From positions 620,001 to 684,000 of the forward strand of contig NW_020844494.1 of NCBI RefSeq assembly GCF_003704095.1: a stretch of DNA of 64,000 bases. The letters are read 5' to 3'. Within the stretch, counting starts at the first letter, position 1; the number at the start of each line of letters is the position of its first letter. Of this stretch, positions 34,347-45,776 are shown piece by piece. The translations under genes were made by a program, and so were the position numbers. The DNA is from Pocillopora damicornis (lineage: Eukaryota). Under the pieces are notes generated by a model. The model ran no database searches. It was not told where the DNA came from and saw only the letters and a program-made list of their open reading frames with translations.

Positions 34347-34650
34347 TCTATTTTTGTTAACACTCACGTTTTGTGCCCTTATATATAAAAGGTACTAAGT
34401 TATATTGTGCAACCTAAATTTATATTTCAAGGCAGACATTTTTCTGTTTACGGGTTTGTGAAATATGTTTGAAATGCGTTTCCAAACTCTGTCAACTGAT
34501 TTCCTATCCTAAATGAAGCGTCTGTATTCGAAGTGTTTTATATTTCTGTGATACACAATACGCATTTATGCACCAGCCTGCATGGAAGACAGCTTAAAAC
34601 AACTGGTTGACTTTGACCTTCGTAATTGAAGTTGCTCTTGCGTGGGCGAG

Positions 34651-34688
34651 TGACGTCACATGATCATGAATTTTTTTTTTCTATAAAT
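34651..34688 (+). promoter_or_regulatory. Full CRE palindrome + overlapping E-box + TATA box upstream of the methyltransferase
   Basis: TGACGTCA at 34651-34658, CACATG overlapping it, TATAAAT at 34682-34688, ATG at 34736. Confidence 0.6.
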
Positions 34689-34735
34689 GCGGCAGCAGGA
34701 AGCCCGGCTTTTAGTACTATCTCAGGTCCGTTATC

Positions 34736-35503
34736 ATGGCTGCCTCGTCTTATCAGCAAAGCTCAATTACAGTGCAACTGGAAGGTGGTAAAACGTTCAT
34801 CTGTAAGGACGTACTTCCACAACCCGGAGGTGTCATCTTGGATCTGGGCTGTGGTACTGGTGAGCTGTCTGCGTTCCTTGCTGAGCTTGTGGAGCCACAT
34901 GGATATGTTATTGCTGTTGATCCTGACACCAATCGACTGAATTTGGCCAAGGAAACTCATCGTCATGTAAAGAACCTCTTCTTTGTGGAAGGGAACTCTA
35001 ATGAGTTTCAAGGCATGGGATCTAAAAAGTATGATCTGATTTTCTCCAACTTTGTGTTTCATTGGATACCGGACAAGGACAAGGCGTTCAGGAATATGTT
35101 TGACAGTTTGAAAGCCGGCGGGAAAATTGCCATACATTACATAGACGCCTTACTCCCCTTTATAACTACTTCATTTGAAGTGCTGAACCCGGAGACAGCG
35201 GAAAAATTCAACAAAATGTTTTGCTTCGATACCAGAGATAATATAGATTGCATGTGCCGCGCAGCAGGATTTGATGTCGTGAGCAGCTATTACGCCTATG
35301 ATAAAACGGTTGTTTATCCCAGTGTGGAAAACCTTCTACAGTGGCTAGTAGGTACTTCACATGGAGTTTTCGATCTACAGCTTGTCACCCAAGAAAGAAT
35401 TCAACAACTGTTCGAAAAGTTCGGAAACCCACCGTTCGACTTTACTGCCGATAGCAGGGTGAGTAGACTTCTAGCTGTGAAGCCGAAATCCCAAGCACAA
35501 TGA
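34736..35503 (+). CDS. Class I SAM-dependent small-molecule methyltransferase (Tam/JHAMT/BioC-like), intronless
   Basis: Motif I VILDLGCGTG, acidic post-I VIAVDPD, motif II YDLIFSNFVFHWI, motif III LKAGGKIAI. Confidence 0.88.
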   Translation: MAASSYQQSSITVQLEGGKTFICKDVLPQPGGVILDLGCGTGELSAFLAELVEPHGYVIAVDPDTNRLNLAKETHRHVKNLFFVEGNSNEFQGMGSKKYDLIFSNFVFHWIPDKDKAFRNMFDSLKAGGKIAIHYIDALLPFITTSFEVLNPETAEKFNKMFCFDTRDNIDCMCRAAGFDVVSSYYAYDKTVVYPSVENLLQWLVGTSHGVFDLQLVTQERIQQLFEKFGNPPFDFTADSRVSRLLAVKPKSQAQ

Positions 35504-36257
35504 AAACAAGCAGCCCAAGCCCACGCAGTCAATCGTTTGCTAGAAAGTGCTGTTCAAGCTGGCCTCTTAAGAACTCGATTTGGTTCTTTGTACAGTGGTC
35601 CGACTTGAGATGGAAGTTATAATTTTCTAATTATCATATTACTTTAATTTTAATTGTACACCCCTGGAATGAAAATATGTCAGTTGATCTCCCTAATCGA
35701 GTCCTATTCTATTGTTGACCAAAATACACCGCGCAAATTATATTTGGGCGGCTCAATTTAACAAGTAGGTATATTCTAGGATAATTTTAAAAGTTACTAC
35801 CATCTTAACTAACCAGCAATACAGGATTATATTCTAGTCGGAATACAATGAAGATTTAATTCTGCGTTGTGCTAACCCAGCCAGTTTTGTACGCAGCACA
35901 TCAATTAGCTGAAAGAGCATGAAAATTTGTGCTGTGTTTACCAAATTAGAGAAGGGGGGGGGNNNNNNNNNNTGCCCATCGTTCTTTCTAATTTGTACAT
36001 GAGCTTGAACACCCGCTTCTTCTTCTTCTCATATAGTGTGGACACGAGCTCATGTTGCAATTCGTGATTCTCGATCGTTTATTTTCATTAAAGCATATTA
36101 TGTGCCGCTGTTATGGAAATTTAATGTAACTGAGTTATAAGTCTTTGTTTTTTTTATTTTGGTGACTGTCACATAATATTTCAATAAAAAAAAAAACATA
36201 TCCTACATGTCTGCTCAATACGCGAAACACGAAAAGGCATCTTTTTTTTGTTGATAT

Positions 36258-36630
36258 TTAGTAAATAAACCCGTCCCGGAAGCAGGTATGTCGGCTGATG
36301 ATGTCTGCGGCCGAGAGACTGCCCAAAAAATAGATATTTGTCCGAGGAGCAAAGCTTCGAGGGCAAATGTGACACTCTTGTCGGAAACAGAATAATAGCA
36401 TAGATATCAAATAGCGATTGTGAAATGTTTGTCTGGAAATTTTGTTATTCTTATGTCTGGAAGATTCGTATCTAGCCAATCAGCGTTCTTTTTAACTAAG
36501 GTGTCCCGCAAAGATAAGGAACAATTGTCTGTGATTTATTTAGCTTTCAGTCGAAGTAATCTTTCATATCAGTCGAGTCGAGGAGTTGTGACAGTTGTGA
36601 AACCTAGCGAGAATAGAAGAGGAGAAGAAT
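36258..36630. repeat. Interspersed non-coding repeat (possibly a Crypton-associated non-autonomous element)
   Basis: GC-richer island TAAATAAACCCGTCCCGG..AGCCAATCAGCG.. with a CCAATCA motif like that at 56540. Family assignment is inference. Confidence 0.35.
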
Positions 36631-36701
36631 AAAAATCTAGTGAAGACGAGACAGTGTGGGCTATCCTTACTAATTCCCCACAGCTGTGTTTATTTTACGG
36701 T

Positions 36702-39700
36702 TCACTGTCCAGAATTTAAAAGTGAGTCTTGTGTTTTTATCAGCCAGCGGCCTACACCTCCCCCGCCACCTAAATGACGAGAAAGAAAAATGATTTAATA
36801 ACTCCGGCCAACCAACTTAAGAGTCAGTCAGTTAGTGAAGCAGTCAGTCAGCGAGTCAGTTAGCGAGTCAGTTAGTGAGTCAGTTAGTGAGTCAGTTAGT
36901 GAGTCATTGAGTACGGTTAGCTAGTTTATCAATAAGACAGTCAGTCAGTTGGTCGGACGTTTTACTCCTCATGAATACACATGAAAATGTACTTGAGAAT
37001 GCATTTGTAATGGGTGGGGATGGAAGAGGATTTAGCTTACCTCCTCCAGTTCCAAAAGCACAATTCACAGGGATACCACCGTCAACTTGAATTTTGCTGT
37101 TCGGATTGCCATGTAATGATTTTGTAATGATGACGACACTTCCACCCGCACCACTCCCCCCGGGAGCTGATCTATGTGCCTTCACGTTGAGGCATTCCCC
37201 TGATTGTCCTGGAGGATTAGAAAACAGAAAACAGCGGGAACATTGGCGATACAATAGCACTTAGTTGGAAAATGATTAGGTTATTATAGAGTAATCAAAA
37301 CAATGCATGTTCTGAGTTGGATTTCCTGTGATCAACAGTTATCTGGTAACTTATTACCTTTCGATTCAATTTTCCCCTCCAAGGTAATCTCCTCAAGAAG
37401 AAGATACACCAAGCCACCTCCATTTCCTCCCCTCCCCCCCAAGTTGGTATCATCTGTAAATGCTGAGCCACCTCCACCACCCCCTCCTCCACCGTAGCTT
37501 AGTCGTTTGGTGAAATCTATGTTGCCAAACTGCATTCCACCTAAATGAGATATGCAACAGTTTGTGAAGAGAAAAGACAGTTTTTCAAAACCAAATTTAT
37601 CTAAATGAAAAGCTATGAATGATATTGACATTTCATGACGTAATAACGACTGTAACTGTTTCGTGATTGTTCATTTTTTCCAATCGCTTACTACACCAAC
37701 TCGACTTGGCAATTAACTTCCATCGTAGACACGAATGCTGGGTAGTGTTTTCGGTATCGCAGCTGCGTTTGTTAGTCCGATCAGTACTTTGATGAGCTTC
37801 CTCATTCAAAATGGGAAACGTTGTTTCAACATTGATCTCAGTTTACTCACCTCCTCCTCCTCCCCCACCATAAGCAGGATGACACGACGAGTCACCTAAA
37901 ATATAAAGACACAATAAATGCTAACTGACTCTTCATCCTCTTGCGAGTAGCTGTAACAAGCCAGGACGGGCAATGTAGACATACAAAACCAAGATGTCGG
38001 ACCAACAAGATATATTTAATATAAGAAAACAGATGTCGTCAGCGGACCACGACGTCGTGACAGTGTCACGCAATATTGTTACAGTAGCAGGAGTGAAATG
38101 TTTCTTCATTTTTTAAACTATATTCTTATATAGTTGATTATTTCCTTATGATACCGTGGTTGGAAAAGAATCACCCTTGAAACAAATACGTTCGAGCAAC
38201 ACAGATAGCCAAAATCACTGGATTAATTTCTCCCAATTTGAAAAGAATCCTGCTCGATTTTTTCTGGCCTGGGAGTCATTAGCTTTCCCATCCATTGTTT
38301 ACTTCATCGATGACTGACGTTGGTGTTCTTAAACATCAAGAGACAAGGCTAAATTGGTTCATATTTAATCTCTGATGAGCATAAAAAGGTCAATAACTTT
38401 TGTTATTCATCACCTCCTTCGCCCCCTCTATTTCCAGTCCCTGCTGTTCCGCTGCGAGCTGAAGCACAGTCCCCTTGAACAGGCTGACCCTGCTGACCTC
38501 CATTTCCACCATTCCCGGCTGTACAGGCTGCCACCCCTCCACCACCAGCGAACGCATTTATCTGCGAGGGAAAGGCGGAAGCTACATCTGGATTTATATC
38601 CCATATGACAAACATACAAAAAACGACAAAACAGAGTATTGACTTACAACAGTTGAAGCTGTTCCTCCTGTACCTCCCTTACCGCCACAACCAGTTCCGG
38701 CACCACCACCCCCACCACCAGAAAAATGTCCACCGCCTCCTCCTCCACCTGCGCCATCATCACTATTAACTGTTGAGTCACCTCCTCCCCCTCCAGAGTT
38801 GTATCCTCCAGGTCCACCCCGTGAGGCTAAATATGAGCAAATATCACAGTTATCATAATTATCATAAACGTTTTTCCAACCATTGATATTAAAAAATTTG
38901 TCATCGATAGTAAATGATGTGTATGGTAAGGAAAGTATAACACAACTAACCATCACCATCCCCTCCACCTCCCCCTCCAAGTCCATTTGTGTTTATGCCC
39001 CACAAAGTTCCACTAATATCTCCTCCTTTCCCATTGGTTCCCGTCTGAAGGTACAAGAAAGACTCGCCACCATACCCGCCCCCACCCCGTGAGTCACCGC
39101 CTTGCCCACCACGAAATCCTACGAAGGAAATTAAAACCAAGTCATTAATCTCAGAAATAACGTTTAATGATAACCTTTTCCTTTTCAGGAACTCTCAACT
39201 CTTGAAAATAAGCTCTAACTTAGTTAGCATTGCAACCCAAAATTAATTGCTAGTTTTTCTTGTTGGCCTGAACGAGAACAACCCTCATTCGCTGCCGGTG
39301 CCTCCAAGCTGCATTAAGGCTTGTTATGTTGAAATTGTGTTAAAACAATGTACGTTAAATTTGAAAAGTTTTATCGTTTCAAATTTTTTGTCGTGCAAGG
39401 AATCTTGGAGCGTAACATTAAAGTACAGTTCAACATTATGTGCGGTCTACCTAGACCAGTGGTTGATAACACTGAAGTTCCATCGATGCTGAACGTTTTT
39501 GCTCTCAGAGCCAGTATCCCTCCATGACCACTGTCTTGCATTCGACATGTCAGAACACACTTGTTCCAGAGGGTGACATTTTTGAACGTTGGAAATAATT
39601 GGGCGATGGTGTAACTGTCACTGGACTTAACAGGCTGAGTAAAGGCTTTGGTCAATGTGAGATCACAGCTTAAACAAATAACCATAATTATAAAAATAAT

Positions 39701-42700
39701 GTTAATTTATATTACTTGAAAGTGCCCTATCAGGGGGATGAGGGGATACTTGAAAAAAGGAAAGAAGAAAAGAAAGAGAAGAAAAGGAAGAAAGAGGAGG
39801 AGGTGGAGGATGAAGAGTTGAAGGGGACTGAACGAAAGAGTGGATGGTGAGGGAGGAAAGGAGGAAGAAAATGAATAATAATGCGAAGAAAGGATAATGG
39901 AGAAGGGGAGAGGAAGGAGGAGAAGGAAGGAGGAGGAGGAAGGAGGAGGAGGAGAAAGGAGGAGGAGGAAGGAGGAGGAGGAAGGAGGAGGAGGAAGGAG
40001 GAGGAGGAAGGAGGGAGAACAAAGAATAGGAGGAGGAGTTGGAGGAAGAGGCGAAAAAAGAAGCACGAGAAAGGAGAATTAACCGAGGAAACAGGTAGAA
40101 GTGGTAAGAAGAAGAAGAAGATTGGAGGGAAAAGAGGAGGAAAAGAAAGAGAAGAAGGAGAATTAGAAGAAGAAGGGAGAGGTGTAGAGGGAGAGAGAAA
40201 GGGAGGAATGAGGAAGAGGATGGTGACGACAGAGCCCCTGTTATAGCAGGAATGCTCTACAAGCTCTCTCCATAATACTTGTATCAGGTGACTAAGACGA
40301 CGTACGGGAATAAAAGTAGTTAGCGGGGAAGGAAGAGGAAGACGTCGAACGCATAGAAGTAGGAACTTTATTAGTACTCACCCAGTAATGTTGTTCACCT
40401 TCATGATCTCGTATTTGCCATGATTGCTTAGATTCCCTCTGGTTGCGATAAAAATAATTTCATCTCCGCGTTGAATTTTGTCAGCATCCTTACAGTTGTT
40501 TAAAACGACTTTGTTTGATTCAGCAGACTTCACCTCCCATGATATCATCACTTGTGTGCAGATGTCTAGGGTTTCATCGTTGCATAACACTAAAATCGAC
40601 AACGGAAGACTAAAATGTTGCACTGGGTAACCACTTATACTGCTCACAAACGGCTGACTTTACAGATACGAATATTCAACATGGATTCACGCAACGACAC
40701 AAACATGCTCGTCGTCCAAAATCTAAGCTAGACCAGACCAATAAAAAGAGTGAGGGCAGGAGGAAGAAGAAGAAGGAAGGTTAATGACAATCTACTGGTA
40801 CTTACAATCTTCACAGTTTTTTCCACTCAGGTTCTTAAATGGACATTTGCATTGGTAATCGTCTTTGTCATAAATCGGCTGACAAGTGCCACCATTTCTG
40901 CATGGATTTGACATGCACGGCGTCTTGAAAAGAACAGAGAGGAAATAGATGACAATTAGGTATCAACGAAACTGAATTTGATCAGACACCAATTTTTCTT
41001 CAGTATCGAAAAACATTATCTCCTTGACAGAGTGATTGAATTTTAAAACTAACACTTTTGTGTTACTTTGCGGTACTTTACGGAGATTTGTGTCTTGTGC
41101 TGATCTTTTACGCGCAAGTTGAAAGGAAGATCTATTCGTTAGTAGGTAATCGATGAACATCAGAATCGCAGGGTCACTAAGTGAAAGAGCTTCCAAATCT
41201 GCAAGAGCTTTAAGTGCGTCAAACTGGTTGCGTAATAACAAACCAAACAATCTTCTCTCTAACAATGTTTTGCATCAGTTACTCCAATTAGTTCATACAC
41301 GTTTTAAAATTAATCCTCCCTTCAATTGTCAATAGAGAAGAACAGACCCTGTTTAGATATCTTTGTTTCACTTCGCTTTCACTTTTTATTCTTAATATTT
41401 TTCGTCGAATAATATGTTCGCCAGAGACGATAACATGCATCAGCATAACAGTGTTAAATCAACGCAAAAATGAACATGAATATTGTCATTTGGACGAATG
41501 TTTAAAAGCTGAAGTTTCGAGCGTTAGCCCTTCGTCTATCGCTATGAAAAAAAACTCTTCACAGTGGCCAATTTACGTTATCAACTCAGTAGAAAATAGT
41601 AAATTACCCTACGATAATTGCCGATTGCAACAATTTTTCGAGGCGAAAACATGCAGCTGCAAATTCAGAGCTAGGGTTAACGTTTTAAGGTTAAGGTTAA
41701 AGATTAAGTTAAATGTTGATGCGCTACTACTGCACTAAACAAAATGACAAATATTGCGATCATTATCCCTGATCTGAAACTTTTAAAAAACTCAATGAAA
41801 ATGATTGGTTTTTTTATTTGTGGTTTCAAGTCGATGCTGTTTTCCTTTTGATAACAAATAATTTTTTACCTACTACCGAGAACTTTATATTACTTCAGAA
41901 AGGAATAATTGAATAAAGATTGAACCAAGAAAATACGATGAAAGAGAGAAATATACCGAAAGAAGGAGCAAAGATGGTCATGGGACGAGATGATTCAGAC
42001 AGATAACAAACCAAAACTGAATTCGAAAAATTGACTTAATTTGTTTTCATGTTGATTAAAAACCATGACTAGCACATGTAACTGACTATGTTTTACAAAA
42101 AAAATATACTGAACGTTTTGAAAATGTATCGTTTAACCTAGTTTGCTAACTAAAGCGATTAGATGATGGTGCTTGTTCGCTTCTCTGCTAAACGTGGCGT
42201 AAATTCATCAATTACGCCACTCCCTTAATCGCGATTTAGCTACAGTTATGGTGGTTGCCGACTCCATATGACAAAATTGACTAATTTCGACGTTGTGAAT
42301 CGACTTGTTCTCGAAAGACAAGGGGAACAATACTCGGGAAAACTATTTTTGTCTCGGGAAAATTGTTTTTTCCGGTTTTTGTGAACTCCGGCCCCTATGA
42401 CCAGTAAAATTATCAACCTTCGTAATTTCCAAGTCTTAGGCAAACAAAAAAGGATATAAATTTAATATATTTTGACGTAAGATATACACCTGCCTAGCTA
42501 GATGCTTTTAATTTAAATTGTTTCTTGTATGGGTCTGAAATATATTTCACCCATCTCTTCAGTAAATGAAATACTGTATGCCAAGAACAGATGAATGATT
42601 ACCATTAAGATTCCTTTTCAAAAGTTCCCTAATATATTTTAAAAGGAAATAATTGCCTAATTCTCCTTATGGAACTAATTAGTACCAAGATCAATACGAG

Positions 42701-43429
42701 CAATAATGAAAGTGGCAGTTCTTGTTGGGGTTTATTCAAGATGGATTTGTCACCGTTATAGTTTCATCAAAATTGTCGAAACTCGTGCAGATTGGAAAAC
42801 ATGATGTTATTTTTTCTCGCTATCTTTGTTCCCAAAATTTCCCTTTTGCATTTCTACAGACGTCAACTGTCATATGTTAATTAATTTAAAGTGAGTCCGC
42901 GTACTAACAATTTCAACGGTAGTGATTTGTTTCGATGCGCTACTGTGGAGTAGAATCAGTAACAAATTCACAGCCTTTGCAAACACCAACTGAAAATAAT
43001 CGACGTATCGATAGCTTATTTCTCGTAGGAAAATGAAAGTAGCTATAATAATAACACGGCCGCCCCTACCTTTATATTGTAATGGTGAAAATCATGGCTG
43101 GGGGCAAACTTGTCCGATCGATTGAATTTGTCTTCGTTTAGCAGTTCGCAAATGTGTTTTCCTTGGGTTTGATCACCGAAGTTTACAGAAAAACATTCAC
43201 GATTTTTGATGCATTCAAAGGTGCATTCACCAAGACTTGCAACGTGCAATGTAGCGATCGATGAAGTTATCAGCTTTGAAAATGCATTGCCAACAAACTG
43301 ACCATAATGTACGCCAGAATCTGAAGTCCTTTTGAAGCTCACAGACAGGCTGGTTACATCTTTTAAGTCAGCAGTTGCCACCAAACTGACTAGTAACAAA
43401 AACTTTCTGCTCCCAGTTGGAAGTTCCAT
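36702..43429 (-). CDS. Secreted 620-aa PAN/apple + EGF + beta-rich + glycine-rich (polyglycine) protein
   Basis: 11 exons (43429-43070, 40923-40806, 40589-40382, 39668-39451, 39118-38951, 38826-38648, 38561-38414, 37895-37851, 37540-37358, 37208-37041, 36769-36702) sum to 1863 nt in frame. [29 protein letters not shown]; [26 protein letters not shown]; then [29 protein letters not shown] and many GGGGG runs. Confidence 0.88.
36822..36906. repeat. (AGTCAGTTAGTG)n / (AGTC)n-derived microsatellite
   Basis: Tandem 12-mer units visible directly. Confidence 0.85.
39750..40225. repeat. ~480-bp polypurine (GGA/GAA)n tract in an intron
   Basis: Nearly pure A/G on the + strand with (GGAGGAGGAA)n core; source of the spurious ORFs at 39702-40246. 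Confidence 0.9.
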
Positions 43430-43795
43430 GTTCAAAGCATCTCTTTTAGCCGTCACTTGTGTTTCCAAGCGTTTCCAGGCCTTGCATATTGAAATTTGCC
43501 TACGGACACCTAAAATGTTTAACCAAAAGAGACCTTTGATAAGGCATTAATTATTAATACGGACAATTTTCTTTATTCGGCCAAAGGAAATTTAATGCCG
43601 GGCTAAAATGGCAGAGGCGAGAATTGAAAAGAAATTTGTTTGTATAATTTTTGTTGAATGACATCCAGCTGGGAAAAACGTTAAACTTTTCAATTTTGGA
43701 AATGTCGAATATTGAATGGTCCCTAAATAAAGGGAATTTTAAAGTTTACAGTTTTTAGGGAAGCACGCATCGCCTATTCCTTCAAATCTACTCAC

Positions 43796-44407
43796 CTCCT
43801 CCAGCACCAAGAGCGTATACGACAGGCTCTCCGCTAGAGACCAGGATTTCATCCTTAGGATTCCCTACGAGTTCTTTAGCGTAGATAACCACACTACCGC
43901 CGGCACCACTTCCCCTATGTGCTGATCTAAAATTAAATTGCCTAAGCACTGGCCTTGCTCACTTGTAGGATTAGTTTTACAAGAAAAATCAAATCTTTAC
44001 AAGTGCCAACTTACAACAAGCAGAATCTATTTTTATGCCTATCCCGCACCATCTATGCTGATGATCTGTTTGTATCTCGAGCTGCCCCGGACATAAACAT
44101 CTCAGACAGAGCAGTTTTTCAATTGAGTACTCACATTTATTCAACATCGCCCTCGGTTTGCTTTATTTTGTTCCGCTCTTGATTAACAAAACTCGCGCCA
44201 TCCTCTAAACAAATCAGATGTTACCTGTAACATCGATCTGACCTCCCCATTGTCAGTTTAATAAGCTTTAAGAACACTAGGCCTCCACCATTTCCTCCTC
44301 TACTCCCAGGGTTGGGAACGATCGAAAAGGCTGAGCCGCCTCCACCACCCATATCCCCATTAAGGCTTAGTCCCTTGTTGAAGTAGATACTGCCAAACTG
44401 AAATTCA
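43796..44407 (-). pseudogene. Two decayed exons of a tandem paralog of the PAN-EGF-Gly-rich gene
   Basis: ~44407-44225 [32 protein letters not shown] matches exon 37540-37358 but has a +1 frameshift near its end. ~43962-43796 [24 protein letters not shown] matches exon 37208-37041, with the acceptor AG changed to AA (CTAATCCTACAA vs CTAATCCTCCAG) and a 1-nt deletion. Confidence 0.8.
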
Positions 44408-45776
44408 CCTGAAAGACCAAGACACACAACCAGTAGAAAGTTTTCTATCAATTTGTTCATATGATGCCATCACGACATGCACAATTGGCATAATTAATGA
44501 AAATTTCAGTAGATTTTAGTCAGGTGTTAGGCAACGTATAATCAATAACAAGATAGAATTTCATTTCAGGCCTATTTATCAATTTTGTGGTGTATAACTT
44601 TCGCATTTTAGTACGTACTATGTATTTGAATCTTCAAATTGTCTTGAAACTGAAAAGGAAATTGTTCTTTAAAAATTTACTGAAAATCGGTAGCTAAAAT
44701 TGTTTGTTTAGGTGTTATTTGATTTTCGTGTTAACTTATAATTTCGTCAGTCGCCAGCATCTTCTGTTGTTTCACACAGGAAAAACACACGATATGAAAC
44801 GTAATGATCGATTTTGTCCTCAATCTCACGCCATGAACAGAAAAAGCTTTTGAACATCTGTAAACTCCGAGCCCTTCGCAGTAAGTGACATTTTCAATGA
44901 ATCTTCGGATTATTTTCATGTTCAAGGATTGTAAATTACAATTTTATTAAAAAAGAAGGATGTTCTGTTATTTCAGTGTGAATCCTTGCATGCCTGCCAG
45001 TCGCTGGCGCCGCTTGTTGAAACTAAAACGAAAAAAAAACTCTTTTCAGATTATCATTGGCTTCTTTTCCACCCCACCATTATTCTTAGCAACAAAGGTC
45101 GCCATTTCGTTTGTTTATTGCTCGCCAAAAATTATCAAATGCACTCAAAAGCCTAAAATCGAAAAAAAGTTTGCAGGAATCGACCAATCGAGCGAGCGAG
45201 CGAGTGCCATTCCCCACTTCGTGTCTACAACTCGCTCTTGCGCATGCGCGCAATTCACGAGTTAAAAAGGGACCTTACAGATGCCATATCAAATTGAATA
45301 ATCATGAATCAATTTTTTTGTCCCTATTGCTTTTGCAATGGCGACTGCGTAGTATTCGACCATTCTTTTTATCTGCTATATTATTTTGCATTTTGTTTCG
45401 TGGCACTTCCTTTGCTCCTAAGGGACTTGTACGACCTGAATTGAACTGAGCACTGTTCTAAGGGTATGAATATGCTTCTACACGCTTTCAAGAGAAGAGT
45501 CATGAAATATGAAGAAAACGTGACTTGGTTCAGCTGAGTCACGTTTTCCGACGTGATTTATTACTCAACAGTCATATCCAAATCACCGCCTGTTGCCTGT
45601 TTGATTGACATATCCTTTGTCCACGTCCTTGCAAGACAATAGTATCAATTTTCACATAAAAAGAGAATTCATTCCTTAGTAACGTTCTTTACGCTTTGAT
45701 GCGCCCAACACGGCAATTCGCTTAACCTGAGGTGAAGAAAATTTATCAAGAACAAATTTAATTTGAAGTCGACAAA

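Noticed and set aside
39702-40246. Four overlapping ORFs (poly-P/S/L and poly-E/G/R)
   Set aside because: Artefacts of a stop-free GGA/GAA microsatellite in an intron.
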